Assembly (NCBI GenBank): GCA_050331395.1
Contig: JBHJGX010000017.1
Span: 5,660-69,659, forward strand
Source of the DNA: Paracoccaceae bacterium
GTDB taxonomy: Bacteria > Pseudomonadota > Alphaproteobacteria > Rhodobacterales > Rhodobacteraceae
Reading direction: 5' to 3'
DNA length: 64,000 bases
Both the position numbers and the translations under genes were made by a program. Positions 39,164 to 48,503 of this stretch are shown one piece after another. Under the pieces are notes generated by a model that was not told where the DNA came from, ran no database searches, and worked only from the letters and a program-made list of their open reading frames with translations. Positions within the stretch are counted from its first letter, which is position 1. Every line of letters starts with the position of its first letter.

Positions 39164-39930
39164 TCGGCCTCTCCGATCGCGGGGCTGCGGGTGTCGCCCG
39201 CGAGCACTTCGCCGACATGACGCGCATGCACGGGCCGCCCCTCGCGGCTGAGCTTGCCGGCCATGTTCATCAGGCAGCCGAGATCGCCGGCGAGCACCAG
39301 ATCGGCGCCGGTCTCGGCGATCGCAGCGGTCTTGTTCCCGGCCATCTTGTTGGAAATGTCGGGGTATTTCACGCAGAACGTGCCGCCGAAGCCGCAGCAG
39401 ACCTCCGCGTCGGCCATTTCTTCGAGCGCGAGCCCCTCGACCGTGCCGAGGAGGCGCCGGGGTTGGGACTTGACGCCGAGCGCGCGGAGCCCCGAACAGC
39501 TGTCGTGATAGGTCACGCGGGCGGGGAACGCGGCCGCGACCCGCTCGACGCCCAAAACATCGGTCAGAAAGCTCGTGATTTCATGGGTCCGCGCGGCCAA
39601 GGCGCGGGCATCGTCTTCCATCGGATCGCCCTTCAGGATCTCCGGGTAATCCTTGACCACCGTCGCCGCGCAAGAGCCCGACGGCACCACCACATGATCG
39701 AAGCCCTGAAAGGCCCGGATCATCGCCCGCGCCTGATCGGCGGCGCCGGCGCGGTCGCCCGAATTCCAGTTGGGCTGGCCGCAGCAGCTTTGCCGCGGGA
39801 CATGAACGGTGCAGCCGGCCTCCTCGAGCAGTTTCACCGAGGCGAACCCGACGGTCGGACGGATCATGTCCACGAGGCAGGTGATCATCAGCGCCACGTG
39901 CGGGCGGGCGGGGGAAGATGCGTTCTCCAT
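39160..39930 (-). CDS. lutA: Lactate utilization protein A (CCG-domain subunit)
   Basis: TCLVD, QSCCGQP, PSGSC, YHDSC and CCGFGGTF motifs. Confidence 0.94.
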   Translation of the reverse strand: MENASSPARPHVALMITCLVDMIRPTVGFASVKLLEEAGCTVHVPRQSCCGQPNWNSGDRAGAADQARAMIRAFQGFDHVVVPSGSCAATVVKDYPEILKGDPMEDDARALAARTHEITSFLTDVLGVERVAAAFPARVTYHDSCSGLRALGVKSQPRRLLGTVEGLALEEMADAEVCCGFGGTFCVKYPDISNKMAGNKTAAIAETGADLVLAGDLGCLMNMAGKLSREGRPVHARHVGEVLAGDTRSPAIGEAE

Positions 39931-40120
39931 GCGGTTGACGCTAGCGGCGGCGCGGTCGGCCGGCAACTCCGCGCCCCTGCGGTTCTCGCGCGCGGGTCCG
40001 GGCCCTGCCGTCTGTGACGACGGCACTTGGCAGCCCGGATGCAATGGTGTACCGGCCACGCTCCCGCGGTGCTTACACCCCTGGAGGATCTCCGCGGCAG
40101 TTGTCAAAGGAGCAAAAGTC

Positions 40121-40747
40121 ATGGCGAAGATGTCGGATCTCGACGCCACGCTGCGCACCGAGACGGGCAAAGGGGCTGCCCGTCGTGCGCGCGAACGGAA
40201 CCTCGTTCCGGGCGTCGTTTATGGCGGGGGCAAAGATCCCGTCTCGATCAATGTAAAGTACAACGAACTCTACAAAGAGGTGAAGGCAGGGAAATTCCTG
40301 TCAAAGTTGATCAATCTCAAGATCGACGGGCAGGACAACACGGTGATCTGCCGGAGTGTCCAGCGCGACATCCGCCGTGATCTGCCCACCCATGTGGATT
40401 TTCTGCGCCTCTCCGAGCGCTCGCGGATCAACCTGTTCATTCCGGTCGAATTTGTGAACCATGAGGAGAGCCCCGGCCTCAAGCGCGGCGGCATTCTGAC
40501 CGTGGTGCGTCCCGAAGTCGAACTCAAGGTCAACGCGTCGAGCATCCCGGATCACGTCACCGCGGATCTGGCGGGGCTGAAGATCGGCGACACGGTCAAG
40601 ATCTCGAACATCAATTTGCCCCAGGGCACGCGGCCGATGATCACCGATCGCGACTTCATGATCGCCAATATCGCCGCGCCGAAGGGCGTAGGCGGCGGCG
40701 ATGACGAGGACGAAGCCGAGGGCGAGACCGAGGCCGCCGAGGCCTGA
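40121..40747 (+). CDS. rplY: 50S ribosomal protein L25/Ctc
   Basis: GKGAARRAR, VPGVVYG, HVDFLR and PGLKRGG; acidic tail; AGGAG RBS. Confidence 0.96.
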   Translation: MAKMSDLDATLRTETGKGAARRARERNLVPGVVYGGGKDPVSINVKYNELYKEVKAGKFLSKLINLKIDGQDNTVICRSVQRDIRRDLPTHVDFLRLSERSRINLFIPVEFVNHEESPGLKRGGILTVVRPEVELKVNASSIPDHVTADLAGLKIGDTVKISNINLPQGTRPMITDRDFMIANIAAPKGVGGGDDEDEAEGETEAAEA

Positions 40748-40937
40748 TCAGATGGATGCCGGGCGGGTCAGGCGCAGGCGACCGCCTCGCCTGGGTCCGA
40801 CCGCACGACCGCCCGACAGGGTCCCCGCGGGGGGCGGGCGCTTTCCTCGATCTGCCCGCTGTGCGAAGGCGAGAATGCTCGTTTTCGTCTCGCAATCGGT
40901 GTAATCTCTATTTCGAGAAATCGACAGGGAGCGAGGC

Positions 40938-41957
40938 ATGAGAATACCGGTCCTGTGGGCGGGCGCGTTCGCGCTGCTCGCCACCCCGACGATCGCCGAC
41001 GCGACGGAATGGCGCGTCTCGCTCTGGGGCAAGCGCCGCGCTTTTACCGAGCATGTGGAGCATCTCGCCCGGCTCGTCTCCCAGCGAACCCGCGGAGAGT
41101 TCCGGATCGAACTCTTTTACGGCGGCTTGGCGCCGAGCCGCGAGAACCTCGCCGGCATCGCCGACGGGCGCTTCGAAATGGCGCAATTCTGTGCGGGCTA
41201 TCACCCGGAGAAAAACCGCGCGATCACCGTTCTCGAATTGCCGTTCATCGGCACGGCGACGCTCGAGGAAGAACGCGCCATCAGTGAAAGCGTGTATGCC
41301 CACCCCGCGGCGGTCCGCGAGATGCAACAGTGGAACGCAAAGCTGCTGATGCCGACGCCGCTGCCGCAGTATAACCTCGTCGGTGTCGGGCCGCGCCCCG
41401 ACGGTCTCGACTGGTTCGACGGCAAGACGATCCGCGCCACGGGCGGCATCGGCCGGGCCCTCGGCGAACTTGGCTCGGAGACACGGTCGCTGACCGCGAC
41501 GGAGACCTACGCAGCCCTCGAAAGCGGCGCCCTCGACGCGGTCGCCTTCGCGCAGCACGCCCATTTCGCCTTTAACACGATCGCGCTCGCGGAGTGGTGG
41601 ACCGCCAACCTGAACCCGGGCAGCGTCAACTGCCCGGTCGTCGTGAACATCGACGCCTACGAGGCGCTGCCGGAGGCTCACCGGGCCGCGCTCGACGCCG
41701 CCGTCGCCCCGGCGCTCGACTATTATCTCCTGAACTACGCGGATTTGATCGGCAAATGGAACGTGGTGCTCGAGCTTTTCGGCGTCCCCGTCGTCGCTCT
41801 CGAGCCCGAGACCAAGGCCGCGATCATCGCCCGCACCGCCGAGGCGGCCAGGACGGCCTGGCTCGAAGACATGGCCGAGGCCGGGCTTCCGGGACAGGAA
41901 CTGCTCGATCTCGTCGATGACCGGCTCTCGGTTCTGCAGGGCGGCGAGGGCGGCTGA
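40938..41957 (+). CDS. TRAP transporter substrate-binding protein (DctP-like), orphan
   Basis: Signal peptide; FYGGLA, VLELPF, IRATGG and YAALESGALD motifs. Confidence 0.85.
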   Translation: MRIPVLWAGAFALLATPTIADATEWRVSLWGKRRAFTEHVEHLARLVSQRTRGEFRIELFYGGLAPSRENLAGIADGRFEMAQFCAGYHPEKNRAITVLELPFIGTATLEEERAISESVYAHPAAVREMQQWNAKLLMPTPLPQYNLVGVGPRPDGLDWFDGKTIRATGGIGRALGELGSETRSLTATETYAALESGALDAVAFAQHAHFAFNTIALAEWWTANLNPGSVNCPVVVNIDAYEALPEAHRAALDAAVAPALDYYLLNYADLIGKWNVVLELFGVPVVALEPETKAAIIARTAEAARTAWLEDMAEAGLPGQELLDLVDDRLSVLQGGEGG

Positions 41958-41966
41958 CGAGGGCGC

Positions 41967-41995
41967 TGGACCGAGCGCTTTCGCGCCGCTATAGC
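41967..41995 (+). promoter_or_regulatory. Sigma70-type promoter of ileS leader
   Basis: TGGACC-N17-TATAGC; predicted +1 about 42002-42003. Confidence 0.55.
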
Positions 41996-42002
41996 GGACG
42001 CG

Positions 42003-42056
42003 ATGGTTTGGGTGCATCGCATCGCCGGTCGAATTAGGGGCCCGGTCCGCGGCTGA
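42003..42056 (+). CDS. Putative ileS leader peptide MVWVHRIAGRIRGPVRG
   Basis: 17-aa uORF starting at the predicted +1; two Ile codons; stop lies in the loop of a 12-bp hairpin (42042-42070). Confidence 0.45.
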   Translation: MVWVHRIAGRIRGPVRG

Positions 42057-42120
42057 TGGCTGCGGGCCGGGTTTCGCACGGCCCGAGATCCCCCGACCCC
42101 CACAGCTGCGAGGCCGCCCC

Positions 42121-45012
42121 ATGTGCGCCGACACCCCCGACACGACTGTCGACTACAAAGACACCCTCTTTTTGCCCGAAACGGACTTTCCGATGCGCGC
42201 GGGCCTGCCGAAGCGCGAGCCGGGCTGGCTCGACCGGTGGGACCGGATCGGCGTCTATGCCCGCCTTCGCGAGACCGCCGCCGGCCGCACGCCCTTTGCC
42301 CTCCATGACGGGCCGCCCTATGCGAACGGGCACCTCCATATCGGGCATGCGCTCAACAAGATCCTGAAGGATTTCGTCGTCCGCTCGGCGCAGATGCGCG
42401 GCTACGACAGTCGCTACGTCCCCGGCTGGGACTGCCACGGGCTCCCGATCGAGTGGAAAATTGAGGAGGCCTATCGCAAGAAAGGCAAGTCGAAGGACGC
42501 CGTCCCGGTCAACGAACTCCGGGCGGAATGCCGCAAATTCGCCGAAGGCTGGATCGACGTTCAGCGCGACGAGTTCAAGCGGATGGGCGTCACCGGGGAT
42601 TGGGAGACCCCCTATCTCACCATGTCCTTCGAAGCGGAGGCGACCATCGCCGCGGAATTTCACCGCTTCGTTATGAACGGCAGCGTCTATCAGGGCTCGA
42701 AGCCCGTGATGTGGTCGCCCATGGAGAAGACCGCCCTTGCGGAGGCCGAGGTCGAGTATCAAGACCGCCAGGTCGACACGATTTACGTAAAGTTCCCGGT
42801 CACGGACGGCGACCTTGCTGGCGCGTCGGTGGTGATCTGGACGACGACGCCGTGGACGATCCCGTCGAACAAGGGGATCTCGTTCGGGACGGACATCGCG
42901 TATGGGCTTTATGAGATCACGGATGCGCCCGACGGGAACTGGGTCCGGACCGACGAGACGCTGGTCATGGCCGATGCGCTTGCCGCCGACATCCTGGGCC
43001 GCGCCCGATTGAACGAGGGGCAGTGGAAGCGGGTGCGCGACGTCTCCGCGCGTGAGTTGTCCGGACGCATCTGCGCCCATCCGTTCCGCGAGGCCGATCC
43101 CTTCTGGGATTATGACGTGCCGCTCCTCGCCGGCGATTTCGTCACCGACGACACCGGCTCGGGGTTCGTGCATTGCGCTCCCAGCCATGGCGAGGACGAC
43201 TACGAGCTCTTTCGCCAGAAGGGGATGCTCGACCGGATCACCCACAACGTGACCGAGGAGGGCGGCTTCGCCGACCACGTGCCCTTTTTCCACGGCACCT
43301 ACATCCTCAGCCGGAAAGGCACCGAAGGCACCGCCAATAAGGCCGTCATCGAAAAGCTGAAGGAGGTCGGCCGGCTCGCCGCCACCCGTCGCCAAACGAT
43401 CTCCGACGCCCATTCCTGGCGCTCGAAGGCGCCGGTGATCCGTCTGAACCGCCCGCAATGGTTCGCCGCCATCGACAAGCCGCTAGAGGACGGGCTCGGC
43501 GAGCACGGCGACACGATCCGCGCCCGTGCCCTCACCTCGATCAACGAGCTGGTGGCCTGGACGCCGAAAACCGGTCAGAACCGGCTCCGTTCGATGATGG
43601 AGAGCCGCCCGGACTGGGTGCTCTCGCGCCAGCGCGCCTGGGGCGTGCCGCTCGCCTGTTTCATGCGCCGGACCGAGGCGGGGGTCGAACTCCTCCGAGA
43701 CGCGGCGGTGAACACCCGCATCGTCGAGGCGTTCCGCCAAGAGGGCGCGGATGCCTGGTTCGCCGAGGGCGCGGCCGAGCGGTTCCTCGCGGGCCGGAGT
43801 GACGCGGAAACCTGGGAGCAGGTGACCGACATCCTCGATGTCTGGTTCGATTCCGGCAGCACCCATGCCTTCGTTCTCCGCGACCGCGCCGACGGCGTCT
43901 GGCCGGCGGACGTCTATCTCGAAGGCACCGACCAGCACCGGGGCTGGTTCCACTCGTCGCTCCTCCAGGCCTGCGGCACCCGCGGCCGGGCGCCCTACAA
44001 GGCGGTCGTGACCCACGGGTTCACGCTCGACGAAAAGGGGCAGAAGATGTCCAAATCGCTGGGCAACACGATCGCGCCCGAGGACGTGATCAAGGAGTAC
44101 GGGGCGGACATCCTCAGGCTCTGGGTTGCGCAAGCCGATTATACCGCGGACCAGCGGATCGGGCCGGAGATCCTGAAGGGCACAGCCGACAGTTATCGGC
44201 GGTTGCGGAACACGCTGCGGTTTCTACTCGGCGCGTTGTCGGGTTGGGACGAGGCCGAGCGGGTTACACCGGCCGAGATGCCCGAGCTCGAACGGCTAAT
44301 GCTGCATCGCCTCGCCGAACTCGACGGTCAGGTCCGCGAAGGCTATGCCGCCTTCGATTTCCAGGCGGTGTTCCAGACGCTCTTCAACTTCGCGACGGGG
44401 GATCTCTCGGCCTTTTACTTCGATATCCGCAAAGACGCGCTCTATTGCGATGCCGCCGACAGCCTCCGACGGCGGGCCTGCCGGACGGTGATGGACGCAC
44501 TCTTCCATCGGCTGGTGACCTGGCTCGCGCCGGTCTTGGTTTTCACCATGGAGGAGGTCTGGCTCTCCCGGTTCGGCGAAGATGCGGGTTCGGTGCATCT
44601 CGAGGATTTCCCCGAGACCCCGGCCGCCTGGCGCGACGATGCGCTGGCGGCGCGGTGGGCGCGGATCCGGTCGGCCCGGCGCGTCGTGAACGGCGCGCTG
44701 GAGGTCGCCCGCCGGGAGAAGGTGATCGGCGCCTCGCTCGAGGCCGCGCCCGTCCTCTATGTGAGCAATGAGGAGATCGCGGCCGCCGTGCGCAGCGTCG
44801 ATATGGCGGAGCTTTGCATCACCTCAAAGCTGACGCTTGCCGAACACACGCCGCCCGCGAAGGCATTCCGCGCCGACGATCCGAGCATCGGCGTCGCCTT
44901 CGAGCGGGCCGCCGGCAATAAATGCGCCCGCTGCTGGAAGGTGACCGACGAGGTGGGACAGCAGTCTCGTCCCGATTTGTGCCGCCGGTGCGACGCCGTG
45001 GTGTCCCGATGA
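42121..45012 (+). CDS. ileS: Isoleucine--tRNA ligase
   Basis: HDGPPYANGHLHIGH, PGWDCHGLPIE, LEGTDQHRGWF, KMSKS and C-terminal KCARCW. Confidence 0.98.
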   Translation: MCADTPDTTVDYKDTLFLPETDFPMRAGLPKREPGWLDRWDRIGVYARLRETAAGRTPFALHDGPPYANGHLHIGHALNKILKDFVVRSAQMRGYDSRYVPGWDCHGLPIEWKIEEAYRKKGKSKDAVPVNELRAECRKFAEGWIDVQRDEFKRMGVTGDWETPYLTMSFEAEATIAAEFHRFVMNGSVYQGSKPVMWSPMEKTALAEAEVEYQDRQVDTIYVKFPVTDGDLAGASVVIWTTTPWTIPSNKGISFGTDIAYGLYEITDAPDGNWVRTDETLVMADALAADILGRARLNEGQWKRVRDVSARELSGRICAHPFREADPFWDYDVPLLAGDFVTDDTGSGFVHCAPSHGEDDYELFRQKGMLDRITHNVTEEGGFADHVPFFHGTYILSRKGTEGTANKAVIEKLKEVGRLAATRRQTISDAHSWRSKAPVIRLNRPQWFAAIDKPLEDGLGEHGDTIRARALTSINELVAWTPKTGQNRLRSMMESRPDWVLSRQRAWGVPLACFMRRTEAGVELLRDAAVNTRIVEAFRQEGADAWFAEGAAERFLAGRSDAETWEQVTDILDVWFDSGSTHAFVLRDRADGVWPADVYLEGTDQHRGWFHSSLLQACGTRGRAPYKAVVTHGFTLDEKGQKMSKSLGNTIAPEDVIKEYGADILRLWVAQADYTADQRIGPEILKGTADSYRRLRNTLRFLLGALSGWDEAERVTPAEMPELERLMLHRLAELDGQVREGYAAFDFQAVFQTLFNFATGDLSAFYFDIRKDALYCDAADSLRRRACRTVMDALFHRLVTWLAPVLVFTMEEVWLSRFGEDAGSVHLEDFPETPAAWRDDALAARWARIRSARRVVNGALEVARREKVIGASLEAAPVLYVSNEEIAAAVRSVDMAELCITSKLTLAEHTPPAKAFRADDPSIGVAFERAAGNKCARCWKVTDEVGQQSRPDLCRRCDAVVSR

Positions 45013-45120
45013 TCCCGAAGGATTGCGTAAATATCCCACTCGGCGCCGCATTTTCGTCCAATTTCACGACTAGTTTAACAACTGTGTGCGTAGCGTATCG
45101 ATTGGAGGCCAAAGTAGGCG

Positions 45121-45480
45121 ATGGCACTGAACACAATCACATCTTGGGCAATCGGGCTGGCAGTCGTGGCGGCGACCGCGGCGCCCGTCGGACCGATGGC
45201 GTCCGCCGAAGGGTCGGACGCCGTCCCGATCCAGGCGGGCATCCGAAGCGCTCTGCCCGAACCGACCGGGCTCACCTGCGACGAGATGCGGTGGGTTCTC
45301 GATCGGCTCGACCAATCGGGCTATCGCGGAGCCGGCCCGCTCGGACCCGAGCATCGGGATTTCGCGGTGTTCGCCTATGAAGATCGCCTGGCCCGGATTT
45401 TCTATCGCGACTGCACCCTTCGGGCGTCGCGGCTGCCCGCGCCCGAGCGCACTGCGTTCTTCTCGCACGCCGGTCGCTAA
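45121..45480 (+). CDS. Hypothetical exported protein
   Basis: Signal peptide, two Cys, plausible RBS; no family recognised. Confidence 0.62.
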   Translation: MALNTITSWAIGLAVVAATAAPVGPMASAEGSDAVPIQAGIRSALPEPTGLTCDEMRWVLDRLDQSGYRGAGPLGPEHRDFAVFAYEDRLARIFYRDCTLRASRLPAPERTAFFSHAGR

Positions 45481-45504
45481 GGGCATCATCGGGCCGGGCG
45501 GGTC

Positions 45505-45990
45505 ATGACCGGCGAGACACCCGCTCCGACTGCCCGGAACACCGCCGCACTTGCGCTCGTCTGGGCGGCGCTCATCTGCCTCGTCGTCGATCGGGCCACC
45601 AAGCTCTGGGTGATCGACGGGCTCGATTTGCCGAACCTCGGCCGGATCGACGTCGTGCCTCCGTTTCTGAATTTCGTAATGGCCTGGAATACCGGGATCA
45701 ATTTCGGCATCGGGTCGGAGGCGGACCTCCGCTGGGCGCTGGTGGCGCTCGCTGTCGCGATCAGCATCGGGCTCGCCGTCTGGGTTCTCCGCCGCGGCCA
45801 GCCCTTTCTGGCGGGAGCCGCCGGCGCAGTGATCGGCGGAGCCCTCGGAAATGCCTGGGACCGGATCCAGTACGGCGCCGTTGCGGATTTCCTGAACATG
45901 AGCTGCTGCGGGATCGTGAACCCTTTTGCGTTCAATGTGGCCGATGTCGCGATTTTCGTGGGCGCTGTGCTCATCGCCTGGAAAGCGTGA
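45505..45990 (+). CDS. lspA: Lipoprotein signal peptidase
   Basis: DRATK, AWNTGINFG, GGALGNAWDR and FNVADVAI motifs. Confidence 0.96.
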   Translation: MTGETPAPTARNTAALALVWAALICLVVDRATKLWVIDGLDLPNLGRIDVVPPFLNFVMAWNTGINFGIGSEADLRWALVALAVAISIGLAVWVLRRGQPFLAGAAGAVIGGALGNAWDRIQYGAVADFLNMSCCGIVNPFAFNVADVAIFVGAVLIAWKA

Positions 45991-46088
45991 CGGGCCGGGG
46001 ATTGCGATTTCGGGTCATTCGGGGCAGGTTTGCGTCGTTCGAGAGCGGTCCCGCCGGGCCGCCTGAGTGCCGTCCGAGGAGGACCGCC

Positions 46089-47075
46089 ATGCCCCGTTTC
46101 ACCGCTGCCCCGATCCTGCTGATGGGCGTCGCCCTCGCCGGCTGTGACACGATCGGCGATCCCTTCGAGGAGTTCAGCGCCCGACGGAACGCGCCCGACG
46201 AATTTCAGGTGATCGCGCGGGACGAATTGCGGATGCCCGGCAACGTGATCGCCGCCTCGCCCGGCGCACTGCCGACGCCGTCCCCCGGGGCGCCTTCGCC
46301 GCTCGAGCCCGATCCCCAGGCCGAGGCGATCGCCGCCCTGACCGGAGGCAGGTCCGCCGCGACGCTTCCGCGGGGCACAGCGGCCAGCCGCGGGGAGAGC
46401 GCGCTTCTCGACGCCGCCGACGCGGCCCAGGCGTCGAGCGAAATCCGCAGCCAGATCGCCCGGGAGAACATCGAGCTTTCGGAAAATGCCCCCTACGAAC
46501 CACCGCTCCTTCTCGATCTGCTGACCGGCAGCTCGCCCGAATTCGATCCGGAGACCGTGCTCGATCCGGTGCAGGAGAGCCAGCGGCTGCAGACCCAGGG
46601 CGTGGCGACCCCGAACGACCCGGACGCGGTGGCTGTCGTTGAAGAGGTGGCCGAGCCAGAGGATCCGGACCCCTACTATGCGACGCGGAGCCTGCGCCGC
46701 GGCGTCGACAACAGGATCCCGACGAACACGTCCACACCGGCTTTTCCGGCCGAGCCACGCACGGCACGCACCGCACCGGTGGCCGAAGAACCGGCGGAAC
46801 CGCGCATCCGCTTCGATCCGAGCGTCGATGCGGCCGCGGAAGCGCAACGGGCGCTCACGGCGCCGCAGATCCGGTCCCAATCGACGTCGGACCCGGCGCC
46901 TCAACCGGACCCCCAGGCCGCGGCCCCGCGGACGGCAACCCGGCAACGGCCGGCGCCGAGCGCTCCAACGGCTCCGGCGAACCGGGCCCCGGCGCCAGAG
47001 CCGTCGCAGCCGCCTGCAAGCGCCCCGACCCCGGCCGAGCCGCGCCCGGCCGAGCCCACCGTCCTCAGCTTTTGA
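46089..47075 (+). CDS. DUF3035 family lipoprotein with Pro/Ala-rich tail
   Basis: Lipobox LAGC; APDEFQV and LPTPSPGAPS motifs. Confidence 0.82.
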   Translation: MPRFTAAPILLMGVALAGCDTIGDPFEEFSARRNAPDEFQVIARDELRMPGNVIAASPGALPTPSPGAPSPLEPDPQAEAIAALTGGRSAATLPRGTAASRGESALLDAADAAQASSEIRSQIARENIELSENAPYEPPLLLDLLTGSSPEFDPETVLDPVQESQRLQTQGVATPNDPDAVAVVEEVAEPEDPDPYYATRSLRRGVDNRIPTNTSTPAFPAEPRTARTAPVAEEPAEPRIRFDPSVDAAAEAQRALTAPQIRSQSTSDPAPQPDPQAAAPRTATRQRPAPSAPTAPANRAPAPEPSQPPASAPTPAEPRPAEPTVLSF

Positions 47076-47168
47076 GCCGGGCCGCCCCCCGACAGGCTCG
47101 GCCCCGCTGGCCGGGCGGTGCGTTCGCGCCTATCTAAGCACGAACTCAACAATCATAGGCGGAACCCC

Positions 47169-48503
47169 ATGCGCGCTCCCCTCATCGCCGCGCTTCTGAG
47201 CGTCCCAGGACTGGCCGTCCCGGCGCTCGCAAGCCCGGATGTCAGCCAATTCACCTTGGAGAATGGACTTCGCGGCATCGTGATCGAGGATCACCGGGCG
47301 CCCGTGGTCACCCACATGGTCTGGTACCCGGTCGGTGCCGCGGACGAGCCCCATGGCCAGTCGGGGATTGCCCATTTCCTAGAGCACCTGATGTTCAAGG
47401 GTACCGATGAGATCCCCGAAGGCGCGTTCTCCAAAATCGTCGCCGAGAACGGCGGCCAGGACAACGCCTTCACCTCATATGACTACACGGCCTATTTCCA
47501 GCGGATCGCGGCCGACCGGCTCGATATTGTCATGGAAATGGAAGCCGACCGGATGCGGGATCTTGTTCTCAACGACCGGATCGTGGCGACCGAGCGGGAT
47601 GTGATCCTCGAGGAACGCGCGCAGCGCACGGACAACAGCCCGCAGGCCCTTTTTTCCGAGCAGTTGAGTGCGGCGCTCTATCTGAATCACCCTTACGGAG
47701 TGCCGGTGATCGGCTGGCGGCACGAGATGGAGACCCTCGATCTCGATGACGCCTTCGCCTTTTACGAGCGTTACTATGCCCCGGACAATGCGATCCTGGT
47801 GGTCGCCGGCGATGTGGAGCCGAGCGAGGTCAAACGCCTTGCCGAGATCCACTACGGGCCGCTCGAGCCGTCGGGGCGCCCGCCCGAGGCCCGTCCTCTG
47901 GATCCGCCGCAATTGGCGGAACGGCGTCTTGCGATGTCCGACCCGCGGGTCCGGCAACCTTATGTGGTGCGCTCCTACAAGACCCCGTCGCGGGGCACCG
48001 GCGATCCGGCCGAGGCGGCCGCGCTCGAGGTGCTCTCGCGGATCCTCGGCAGCGGCGTCTCCTCGAGGCTCTCGAAACGGCTCGAGCTCGAAGGAAAGAC
48101 GGCGATCAGCGCCGGCGCATGGTACGCAGCCGAGCGGCGCGACTACGGCACGTTCACCGTCTTTGGCGTGCCCGTTGAGGGGATCGAGCTCGACCGGGTC
48201 GAAGCGGATATCGACGCGGTCCTCGCCGAAATCGTCGCCGACGGGCCGACCGAGGCCGAGCTTGCCCGCGTGAAGCGCGTCTTCAAGACCGATTGGATCT
48301 ACGCCCAGGACAGCCAGCGCACGCTCGCCAACCGCTACGGGTCGGGCCTGGCGAACGGCTATACCGTCGCCGAGATCGAAGGCTGGCCCGATCTGATCGC
48401 CGCAGTCACCGCCGAGGACGTGCGCCGCGTGGCGGCCGAGCATTTGGTGCGGGAGCGGTCGGTCACCGGTCGTCTGACCCGCGCGGTCGAGGAGCAGGGC
48501 TGA
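47169..48503 (+). CDS. M16 family zinc peptidase (catalytic subunit)
   Basis: GIAHFLEHLMFKGT (HxxEH), NAFTSYDYT and ERDVILEER. Confidence 0.95.
   Translation: MRAPLIAALLSVPGLAVPALASPDVSQFTLENGLRGIVIEDHRAPVVTHMVWYPVGAADEPHGQSGIAHFLEHLMFKGTDEIPEGAFSKIVAENGGQDNAFTSYDYTAYFQRIAADRLDIVMEMEADRMRDLVLNDRIVATERDVILEERAQRTDNSPQALFSEQLSAALYLNHPYGVPVIGWRHEMETLDLDDAFAFYERYYAPDNAILVVAGDVEPSEVKRLAEIHYGPLEPSGRPPEARPLDPPQLAERRLAMSDPRVRQPYVVRSYKTPSRGTGDPAEAAALEVLSRILGSGVSSRLSKRLELEGKTAISAGAWYAAERRDYGTFTVFGVPVEGIELDRVEADIDAVLAEIVADGPTEAELARVKRVFKTDWIYAQDSQRTLANRYGSGLANGYTVAEIEGWPDLIAAVTAEDVRRVAAEHLVRERSVTGRLTRAVEEQG

Noticed and set aside
45060-45080. Possible CtrA sites here, at 34570-34640 and in 62440-62510
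   Set aside because: Only TTAA half-sites; none fits TTAA-N7-TTAA.
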